64,000 nt of DNA from Callorhinchus milii. Its lineage: Eukaryota. Under the pieces are notes generated by a model, which was given only the letters and a program-made list of their open reading frames with translations, had not been told where the DNA came from and made no database searches. How positions within the stretch are numbered: position 1 is the first letter of the stretch; each line of letters opens with the position of its first letter. The stretch lies in assembly GCF_018977255.1 (NCBI RefSeq), contig NW_024704743.1:44332001-44396000 (forward strand), written 5' to 3'. The translations under genes were made by a program, and so were the position numbers. Below are positions 53,946 to 64,000 of this stretch, piece after piece.

Positions 53946-55229
53946 CTCCAAATGTGCATGTTGTTGGATTGGATCATGAGTTAACTTTCAAAGTCAGAAG
54001 GGCAATGGTGGAATTGTGGAAGAAATCCCCACCAAAATAACCTCAGTTCAAATGATTCTGCATCAAAGGGAAAAGTACTGGGTGCTGTTGTAGTAAAAAC
54101 AGGCAGGGATGGGACATCACACAACGCAGGCCCTGAATCTGAGTTGAAAGTTACTCAGGAAAGTTAGACATTGAACAGATGCACACTGAAACAAAAGCTG
54201 CCAACATCAGTGTGGAAACACTCCTTACACCTCCGTACATCCCAAAATACATCTGAATCCACACAGGTGCATCTCCTTTTAAAACAGAAACATTAAAATT
54301 CTGGGGCATTTTATGTGCCAATGTTCTGCACGCACTGTTCATGTGAATTCAGAAACTTGGTTTTGTTAATCAAGATTGGAGGGGTTGTTGACCGTAGGCA
54401 CGGTGGAAGAGGAAGCTCTGCAGGTGCAACCTGAAGATGGGGAAGGAAGGGCCAAAACTGAGGGATAGAGGAAGAGTGTTGCAGAGTTTCAGGGCGAAGT
54501 GGCTGAAAATGCGGCCACCAATGGTGGAACGGAGGGCACGAGGGACATGCAGAAGGCTGGAGCAAGTTGAGTGGAGGTAGCGGGTAGTGGGTTGGGGGGT
54601 AAGCAGGTCATGAGACATCGGGCTTGAACCCACAACCCAACTGAGCCAAGCTGATAACTAGAAAGCATACTTCATATATATATGTGTGAAATATATAAGG
54701 TATGCTGTTTTACTGCAGCATTCACTGATATAAAACTGAACATCACTCCAATGAATCTCAAGATATACGAATAATGGAGTATGAAAGCATCATGTGACAT
54801 AATGTCACTGCCATCGATATCAACTGGAGCGACCATCCTATCAATTATAACAGGAAAAAAAAGCACAACTGGCTGCAATGTTTATTGTGAACATGTCAGC
54901 TTATTTGGAGTAATTATTGTTTCTGTAACTGCTGTCCCTGCCTGATGCAGGTAAACAGAAATGGCCAGTGTCTGCCAGAGAACCTCTTTTCCTCTCTTCT
55001 GGATTGTGAGAAATCAAATATTCCTGTTGGATCTCCAGGGGGGGTGGCAGTATTTATTTCTGTTACAATTTTGCTCTTCTCTACAAGTCACTGGTTTTTG
55101 CTGCGGTAAATCTCCACTACTCTCAAGCCTGTCTTTAAACATCATAGACACATGTTTATCCACATACAGTCACCAAATAGAACCCAGGGCAATACTTAAA
55201 TCACTAGAATTTAGGTCATGAGAATTTTG

Positions 55230-55490
55230 GTCACGAGAATTTTATTTCCACTAGAATGTGCCTCAGTCTCCCTGAGCAATGGAGGTGGGAGGAGGGGAAA
55301 CAGCCATGGTTTCTACTTCTAATCATTATTCAGTAACCCTCTACCTCAAAGTGCACATGCATGGATGTCCAGTGAGGAAAGGATTGGGTACAGCTGGATA
55401 CCCTCCTATTTCCAATCGCTGTTGATAATCAGTGTCTAAACTCACCAGATGAAGAATGATCACTGGGGCAAGGTATGGAAGGTGCCCAAC
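55230..55490 (+). mobile_element. AmnSINE2-like ancient SINE
   Basis: gaggggaaacagccatggtttc...gtgaggaaaggattgg...gatgaagaatgatcactgggg; further antisense copies near 42880, 43965, 48630 and 49200. Confidence 0.55.
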
Positions 55491-57059
55491 ATCTGGGAAA
55501 GTGTGCCTCAGAGGAAGGAGAAGAGGGACACATGTCAAACTCACAAGAGCTCATTTTTCAACACTTCCAAATGGAAGTAACTAAATTGATTCCACATAGG
55601 ATTTCCTACAAAAGGTAGAAAGAGGAAGTCTACATCCATCACTCCAGGCAGGTCCCAGAGGTACATAGAGAGTATGCTAACCCACTGTACCACCAGGCTT
55701 TTACAATATTCATTTTAATGGTTCAAACTGCAAGTTAATTAAACATGTGTGCACTTCTTATTTTAGTTGAAGAATCAACGTTAAAAGTATAGGCTTGTGT
55801 TTTGCTGCAGGGTTTCCGTCCGTTCAATGGGGAAATTGGTTTTGCTTATTGGAATTGATGGTCTAATTAACATTAAAGAATTTAATGATGACTAATTAGT
55901 TGGTGTTAAGTATACAGTAGATTAGACAAGTGAAAGCAAGAGAGGGTGAACCAAAAGCCTCCTCAGAAGTCAAGTAGAACAGCAACTAATAAATGGAAGA
56001 CAGATATGGGCTGCATAGGGACTTCCCATGCCAGGACTGCTAAAAGTATGAGACAAAACAAGTTCTGTAATTGGTTACTCTGTGGTACATCTTCCTGTGT
56101 ATGCATTATTCATTATTGTTATTCATTTGCATTAAACCACATGATCATGGTTTCAGACTTGAAAGTGTACATTTGTTGGACTTTAAACAGGAAAGTAATA
56201 AATTGAAAGATTGAAAAAAATGGAGATGAAAGGAAAATGCACTGATGAATGAAAGGAAATTGAGTCAAATGTTCAGACTGAATTGTGTGCATATGTAAAG
56301 TGGGGGAGGGAAAGAATGCTGTGATATTCAGGGTGAAAACCATGTTTCAGAGCAGATTTGATGTGATAATTTGGTTCAGTGAATCTGTTAAAAAAACTCA
56401 GAATTTCAGTTGATAATTATCAACTGGTTTTGGTGTGAACACGCTCCCCGCACTCCCCACCATTAACACCACCTGGGCCGTAGTACAGAGGTTGGGGCTG
56501 CAAAAGACAACAACAACTTGCAATTGCAATTATATAGCGGTTTTCATGCAAAATACCGCTCAGAGTGTTTAAAGACAGTTAAAGCCATTGGTGGGCACTA
56601 TCATTGTTTCCACTTTGGTCACTGCCAATGTCACAGAGAAGATCACTCCAGGGCCACTTCGGAAAATAGCAGTTTAACTCAAACTGAGATCCAACAATTG
56701 CTTGCATTTATATAGGGCCTTTCAAGTAGGATAGCTTGCTTTACGCCAGGCGAGGGAGAAGGGAGGAGAAGGTAACCATAGATGCGTTTGAAGAAGTAGG
56801 TTTTAAGGTTGAACTTGAAAACAGATAGAGAGAGATGAGACAGAGGGACAGAGGGAGAGAGTTCCAGAGATTAGCACCATAGGATCTGAAGTATCAGCCA
56901 CTAATGTTGGGGTAGAGAGGGCAGGAAGGCAGCAAGCTGAACTAACGGAGTGGAAGAAGCTAGCAGAGATGTACTGTAAGAGAAGATCGGAAATAAGGAG
57001 GTGCTAGGGAGTGAAGGGAATTGTAGGTTTATAAACCCAAAACAAGTCACAAGGTGATA

Positions 57060-57860
57060 AGATTAATTTGAATGAAGAAGGACCTTTAGTCCATCTGATC
57101 TCATTTTTCCAGAATACACATCCTACAGTATTTCTATCATGGCTTCAAACACCTTTATAAATGAGTCCAGTAATTTGGCCTCAACCACCCAACCTGGCAA
57201 CCTGCTCTGGTTGTTAATAATCCTCTTAGTAAAGAAAGCTTCCAGGTTTCTATCCTGAAATTGCCCTTTGCAACTCTAAACCTATGTCCTTTTGTTGTAC
57301 TGTCTTGGTGCATCCTCAAATACTGTTCCGGGTTTATTTTTTAAATCAATTTAAATATGTATGTACAGTAAACTCTTGATAACTTATCAATCCAAGGGAA
57401 AAGGGTTCAGCAACTATTTATCCGGAATGGCTAATTAGGCATAGGTCCTTCCAAGCCACAAGGGGGCACTATGACTGGTGCAGCTCGGTAGAGATTGGTC
57501 ACGAGGAGGTAGGGTGGGCAGTCACGGGATGGCCCTCCAATAGACCAGAGGCCTCTGTGATGCATCTGACCATATGCGCCTAACCTCCGCCAAGCACCCG
57601 CACCACACACAGGATAGGGCAGGAGGCCTCTTAAAGGACGAGTTATCTGATCAATTTTACAGTGATTTCTAGAATGTGACTAGTTACGTGTTAAGCAGAA
57701 TGATAAGTAAATCTGAGACCCTTATTGATATTTTCCATGGGAAGCCGCTGTGATATTGACAACATGGCTACTTAAGTGGTAGTGACCAGTTAAGCCGGTG
57801 TCTTGTTATCAGAAATTTACTGTACCTCTATAAGGTCCCTTCTGAATTGTCTCCTTTTAT
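57060..57860 (-). mobile_element. Old CR1 3' end hosting a MITE
   Basis: Antisense CR1 end (ggacctttagtccatc, caaccacccaacctggcaac, cctctataaggtccc). Confidence 0.6.
57366..57822. mobile_element. Tc1/mariner-pogo (Tigger-like) non-autonomous DNA transposon
   Basis: TIRs cagtaaactcttgataac and gttatcagaaatttactg, each flanked by TA. Confidence 0.75.
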
Positions 57861-58094
57861 AATTATCTACTTAAAATCCAATGTTTCCTCACAGATTCCA
57901 TGTGATAATTATCACGTTAAATCCATTATGAATTGGATTTATCACCTTATTCGTTCAAGTGTGACCTAATTAGTTATACAGTTAGTCACAGTCACATGGC
58001 ATGTAGTTGCAAAAGGATTGTGTAAATTAAATATGATTTATTTACACAATTCTAGGAAGATTCATTTACAGGGAGAGGTTTATGATTCATTTAC

Positions 58095-59633
58095 ATCATA
58101 AACCTCTCACTGTCCTCTGGTACTGTTCCCAACCCATTAAAAACCCCGGTCAACACCCCTATCCTTAAAAAACCCTCCCTGGACCCATCTCTACTCCCAA
58201 ACTACCGCCCCATCTCCAACCTCCCCTTCCTCTCCAAGGTCCTGGAATGAGTCGTTGCTTCCCAGCTTCGCTCCTTCCTCTCCAGCCACTTCCTTCACGA
58301 ACGCCTCCAATCGGGTTTCCGTGCCGCCCACAGCACCAAAACAGCCCTGGTCAATGTGACAAATGACATTTTGTCCATCTGCGACCAGAGCTCCCTCTGC
58401 CTCCTCGTCCTCCTTGATCTCTCTGCTGCCTTCGATACTATCGACCACTCTGTCCTTATCTACCACCTCTCCTCTAACCTCAACCTTCACAGCTCGGTCC
58501 TTGACTGGTTCAAATCGTACCTCACACCACCTGCACTTCATCTCCACAAACAGCTTCTCCTCTAGCTCCACACTGTCTTGTGCAGCATTGCTCAGGGCTC
58601 TGTCCTTGGTCCCCTCCTCTTCAACATCTATATGCCCCCTCTTAGTGACATCATCCACAGACATGGGGTCAAATTCCACATGTATGCGGATGACACCTAA
58701 TTTTACCTCTCTGTCTCCATCCTTGACTCCAGGACCACTGCTGTCCTGACAGAATGTCTGTCGGACATCAAGTCCTAGATGAGAGCTAACGTTTTTCAGT
58801 TGTACATCAACAAGACCGAGGCTCTCCTGATTGGCTCCCGTCAGCGCCTCCTCACCTCAGGCACTGACAGCATCACCATCCATGGTTGCACACTCCACCT
58901 TACCAAGCCAGTCCAGAACCTTGATGTCTTGTTTGACCCTCAACTATCTTTTCTACCCAACATTAGTGCCATGACCCACTCTGCCTTCCCCCATCTCCGC
59001 AACCTCGCCCGGCTCTGCCACTGTCTCACACCGCAGGCCGCCGGAATGCTCATACATGCTTTCATTACATTGAGGTTTGACTATGCAAACCCATTGCTTG
59101 TCAGCCTCCCTAACTCCTCCCTCCATAAGCTGCATATCATCCTGAACTCTGCAGCCCATGACCCTATCAACCCCATCCTCGCCCGACTCCACTGGCTTCC
59201 CATCACACAGAGGATCCCCCAGGTTCAAGGTCTGGTCCTCATCTTCAAAGCCCTCCATGGTATTGCTTCTCCCTACCTCTGTGACCTCCTAGCCCTCTAC
59301 CAGCCTGCTCGCTCTATCTGCTCAGCGGGCTCAGGCCTGCTTCATGTCCCCCACCTCACTCGCCCCACTATTGATGGGTGGGCCTTCTACCGCTCTGCCC
59401 CCACCCTCTGGAACTCCATCCCGCAGTCTCTCTGCCTCGCCCCCTCCCTTGCCTCCTTCAAGACCCATCTTAAGACCCTCCTCTTCGATCGTGCTTTTGA
59501 TCTCCCTGCTTCCCCCCCTGCCCTCCACCCTCCCCGACCCCCAACTCGGGTCCAAAACTCTGACTCTCCAGCGCTTGTGATGTCCTCCTGACGTGAAGGG
59601 CGCTATGCAAATGTAATTTTTTTGTTGTTGTTG
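58095..59633 (+). mobile_element. L2 LINE, 5'-truncated, RT through 3' tail
   Basis: LLDLSAAFDTIDH, QGSVLGP, MYADDT, LHWLP, APTLWNS, FKTHLKT; tail stem-loop and (TTG)n; contains frameshifts. Confidence 0.95.
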
Positions 59634-60311
59634 ATGATGATTTCACATCTAAGAAGTGTTTCTAAGAATCTGCATCAAATTCCACAGGTACATCACTGCA
59701 GACCTCGCCAGGCTCCACTGACTCCCTGGCTCCCTACCACCTCCCTATCTCTGATTTTCTCCTATTCCCCTCCTCGCTAGCCCCTTCCGCTTAGCTAACT
59801 CGGACCTTCTGCACATCCCCATCCTTCTGTGTGCATCAGGAGCTAAGCTTTCGGATCCTGTATTTGTATGTCCTTAAACTCTGGAACACCCTCCCTCTAC
59901 CCCTTTTCCTCATCCTCTCACTGTCTCTCTTTCAGTTGTACCTTAAAACCTACCTCTTCAACCTCACCTATGGTCAATTCTCCTTCTCCCTCCCATCCAC
60001 TCCCTTGCTCAGCATCCAACCTGTATTTGTAAAGTGCTCTGAGATATTATCCTAAGTGAAGGGCACTTTATAAATGCAAGTGTGTTGTTTCATTTTTAAT
60101 GCCTTCAAAGCATTGCCACAAGCAGAGAATGTAAGTGCACATGAACAGCTGTTTATTTTTCAGTCCCCAATGAACCAAATTGTTTTCAACATCACATCTG
60201 TGACCGACCTTTTTATTGCCATTAGAGAGTGCAGCTAAATACGTACAATCAGCCATGTGCAGTGCACTCTCCCCAGAAACCACACTTCCTGAGCCAGCAT
60301 GGTGTAGAGCC

Positions 60312-60530
60312 ATAAAAAGCAGAAAGTGTTGGAAATGCACAGCAAGTCGTTTAGCACCTGAAAGAGAAAAGCAGGTTAATGTTTTTGCCCTGACCCTTCG
60401 TCAGTTTTGATGAAACCTGACATCCAAAGCACTAATCTTGTTTTTCTCTTTCAGATGCTGATGGACATATTGTGCCCTTCCAGCATGGTCTGCTTTTATT
60501 TCAAATTCACAGTATTCTGGACTTCTCTTT
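60312..60530. mobile_element. Inverted pair of Penelope-like element ends
   Basis: Arms ataaaaagcagaaagtgttggaaatgcac...gaaagagaaaagcagg and their reverse complement surround gacccttcgtcag; resembles the shark Penelope end (from recall). Confidence 0.6.
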
Positions 60531-60921
60531 TCCTTTTTATCACATGCTGTGAGAGAAAGTGGCTTGTGCACATTCATTACTGAGGCAACCACAGCTGATG
60601 ACTGCTTCTGGTCGTGTCTCCACAGTTACTACTTACAAGAAATAGATAACTGCTTTTTATTAATATTATTTTTAAATTGGTGATCATTACAGTTTTTCCC
60701 AAATGACCTGCCATCAATTTAAACGCTGTACAACTGAGTGTAACGCCTCCTTTGTACAAATACCATTGGAAGTACAGAACAAAACTAAAGAATGGAATTC
60801 TCCCCATTCTCAGTCCATTGGGGACAATTTAGCCCACTTGCGATATTGCTGATTAAACAAACAATTGTTCAGATAAAACTCATTGTTCATCAGTTTTGAC
60901 GTCCAGCAATGCCCCAAATAG

Positions 60922-61148
60922 TTATAATAATAATCCCTCCAAAACAAAAAACAATAATAAATTGGTCATTTTCAATCTACGACTGTTTGTGGGACATTGC
61001 TGTGCGCAATTGGCTGCCGCGTTCGCCCACAAATATACAGTCAATTCACTTTACAGTGTGTTCTGTGAAGCGCTTTGGGACGTCCTCCCGATGTGAAAAG
61101 CACTATATCAAATGCAAGGATTATTATTATTATTATTATTATTATTGT
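60922..61148 (+). mobile_element. Young SINE 3' portion
   Basis: Near-identical to 10950-11161. Confidence 0.9.
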
Positions 61149-61380
61149 TAGTAGTAACTGAGGAGGTGGGGACATATTGAATATGTATGCAGGAAAATGA
61201 GTAAGCACATAAGCAGAATTTGGCAAATAACAGCATGGAGACAAATTCAGAAATTAGGGTAGAAAAAGCCCTGCAAAGAAGATGGGAGTGTAAAAGGCAT
61301 CTCAACACTGAAGAAGGAACCTCATTTGCTGCAGGGAACCCTCATCTAGTTCATGTGCAAAAACTCGGAATTGTGCATCA

Positions 61381-61760
61381 GCCTGGCTCAGTGATAGAAC
61401 TCTCGTCTCCGAGTCAGAAGATTATATTATTATTATTATTATTATTATTGTGGGCTCTAGCCCCACAATGGGACTGGGAATCACATTGTCTATGTGCTTA
61501 CTCTAATACAGTGCTGGGGATGTGTTTTACTGTCCGAGATGCCATTCTTCGGTTGAGACATCAAACATCTGTTTGTTCAGTTGGATGTTAAACATCGCAT
61601 GGCACGATTGGTCATTTACTACATGGCTGTTTGTGGGACATTGCTGTGCAGAAACTGGTTGCTGTATTTTGCCCACAACATACACAGTAAATCCACTTTA
61701 CAGTATATCCTGTGAAGAGCTTTGAGACGTCTCAACGGTATGATAAGGTGCTATATCGAA
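61381..61760 (+). mobile_element. Old DeuSINE with an internal (TTA)n
   Basis: ggctcagtgatag head, gagatgccattcttcggttgagacatcaaac core, shared 3' body and tail. Confidence 0.6.
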
Positions 61761-61766
61761 AGAAAT

Positions 61767-62130
61767 ATAATAATCCTAGCATTTGATATAGTGCCTCATC
61801 ACGGTCTTTGAGACGTCTCAAAGCTCTTCACAGAATATACTGTAAAGTGAATTGACTATACATTTTGTGGGCGAAATGTGGCAGCCCATTGTGCACAGCA
61901 GCATCCCACAAACATTTGTGGATTGAAGTGACCAAATTATTTTTATTTATTTTGAAAGAATTATTACCCCCGGAAAAGCGATTCACCATCGACTAACAAC
62001 TGGGTTCCTACTTACTGCTAGATAAACAGAGGCGTGTGGAAAAAGGAAACTTGCCCAACATTTTGCCCTGCCCAGAATTGGACCCAGGTCTCTCGGTTGC
62101 AAGGCGAGTGTTCTAACCTCTGAGTTACAA
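61767..62130 (-). mobile_element. SINE, long subfamily, full length, inserted into a sense tail
   Basis: Antisense tail through tRNA head; the host tail resumes at about 62148 (aaatgcaaggattatt). Confidence 0.87.
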
Positions 62131-63064
62131 CCTTTAGTTTAATGGCTAAATGCAAGGATTATTATTATTATTATTGTTATTATTATCTGAGCTGACTTCG
62201 AGTCAGAGCCAAGGTCTGATGGTGTACATAGGCTCTCCTGGAAAAAACGAACCTTATGTCCTGAGGTGCTTTAAGCAGCATGGAGGTGCTATTTCCACTC
62301 CTGCCTTTCCGACAGCTTTTTTCAACTCCAAAGACCGTAATACAAAGATTCACAAGCTGTGAAAGTTGACACGAAAGAACAAAGACTCATGGTTTGCAAT
62401 TGTCTGAGTTCAACAACTGAATTAACAAACAACCTTCCAGTGTGTTGACACTAATCAGATAAAAGCTGAAGAAAGATAGCCTCATAAACTTTCCTCCCTA
62501 TTGGGAAGGGGATGCTTCCCTGACCCATGAAGAAATCCTACACTCAGCTATAAATCCAAAATGTGGAGCCCAATTAAGAGAGCAAGTGACAGTAACAAGT
62601 GGTTGTGTGTTATCAGTTCACAAGATGTTTGCAAACCTCAAAAATACTCAACTGGATTTTTGGCGTGTCTTGGCAAAGACAGATGAGTCAACTCACCTAA
62701 TATAATGGCTTTGCTTTGGAATTTTAAGGCATGCAAGTCAGTATATTTTATCTTATTGCAGTTGAGAAGACATGCACAGATAAGAGAGAAGAGAGAGGAG
62801 AATGGGAAAGAGAGAGAAGATTTTGCAGAAAAAGTGATAAGTGCAGTAAGAGTGCAAAACCGTGTTATAGAAAGAGAAAGGAAAGACGAGTAGATTGTAT
62901 CAGAACTCATTATAAGGGCAGCAAATGTGAATAGGAAATGCAGGAACATTTATTTTCATAAAAGAAAACGTGACAGGCATGTGGAACAAACTCCCAGCAC
63001 AGTTGATGGAAAAAGGAACTGCAAAAATAAGGGAACTAAATACATTGCTGGATTTGGGTTATTA

Positions 63065-63445
63065 AGCCAAGGTTTGGAGACCCTAGAATTTGCAATGGGG
63101 TACTGCTGGAGTCTAACCAGCTAAAATCGCATTGCTTGCCATTGATATTGCTGTCCAGGGAGCTTTCCCGCTGCTTGTCCAGCTAGGACCACCCTACCCG
63201 TTAGGGCTTTGGCTTACAGGGTTAACAGGAGCTGAGTGGGATGACTCCCTGCCCCCAGTGACTAGTCTGCCCTTCTAGGTCCTACCAATGAGCCAGGCTG
63301 GCTGTTCTATCATCAGCAGTGCCCTGGAATACTGCAGACCTGCTTGGCTCAGGAACATGACAACTGAGACTGCCACAGAAGGCTGGCTCAATTCTGACAT
63401 TCCGTTGCCAGGCATGTCACCTTGGAGTTCAGCTTCAAGGAGACC
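63065..63445 (+). repeat. Unclassified interspersed repeat
   Basis: Same core, extending to ccaggcatgtcaccttggagttcagc. Confidence 0.75.
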
Positions 63446-63545
63446 CTGCTTATAAAAATCTAAGATTCGGTTCTGACAAGGCTGAGAGAGAGAGTGTTCT
63501 CCAGAAGTCAGGGAGGTGTTTAGGCTCAAGCATGCTACTACAGCA

Positions 63546-64000
63546 CAAAACAATTTACATTTATGTAGTGCCTTTCACTTTGGGAGGGTGACCCAAAACG
63601 CTTTACGCTGAGCATCTGAGCTGGAAGGATGGGAGCTGAAGAGGATGGAGAGGGGAAAGCTGAGTGAAAGTGTGTTGACAGAGGTATGTTTTGAGGTGGG
63701 CTTTGAGTGAGGTAGGGGAGGAAGCAAGTTAGAGTGATGCTGGGTGGAATTCCAGAGTGGGAGCAGAATGGCTGAAAGCTCACCCGCCAATGGTGGGCAG
63801 GATAGGGTGGGGAGTTGTAGCAAGCCAGTGTTTGCTGAAGGACAGGAGCGGACAGGTAGGTAGGGCAATAGGAGATCACAGAAGTAAAGTGGGGCAAGGC
63901 CGTGAAGGGATTTAAAGATGAGAATCAAGATCTTGAATTTGATTCACTGGGGAAATGAAAACCAACAGAGCCGAGTGACACTCAGGATGATAGGCTCACA
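63546..64000 (-). mobile_element. L2 3' fragment running off the window
   Basis: ILIFKSLHGLAPLYFCDLL; antisense tail at 63546-63610. Confidence 0.85.

Noticed and set aside
58779..59591. 270-aa ORF as a host gene
   Set aside because: C-terminal part of L2 ORF2, with upstream stops and frameshifts.

Overview
Vertebrate genomic DNA. The repeat landscape (CR1, L2, tRNA-headed SINEs ending in ...aatgcaagga(tta)n, Deu- and AmnSINE2-like SINEs, shark-type Penelope ends) points to a cartilaginous fish, most likely a chimaera; this is an inference. The only host gene visible is the 3' half of a class III ubiquitin-conjugating enzyme on the + strand, most likely UBE2E2. It has three coding exons (11830-11962, 22542-22689, 27588-27685) and a 3' UTR ending near AATAAA at 28315; the earlier exons lie upstream of the window. 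The rest is intron or intergenic sequence dense in retroelements: a ~3.9 kb degraded CR1 LINE, many L2 fragments from at least three 3'-tail families, a young modular tRNA-Ala-like SINE, older SINEs, MITE-like palindromes and an unclassified repeat. I found no evidence for a new protein-coding system. The best leads are repeated insertion of retroelements into the stem-loop tails of other copies, a junction copied 21 kb away in the same gene, a 43-bp intronic inverted repeat, the chimeric SINE architecture and several unclassified structured elements. Repeat family names and human UBE2E comparisons come from recall and need database confirmation; repeat boundaries are approximate.
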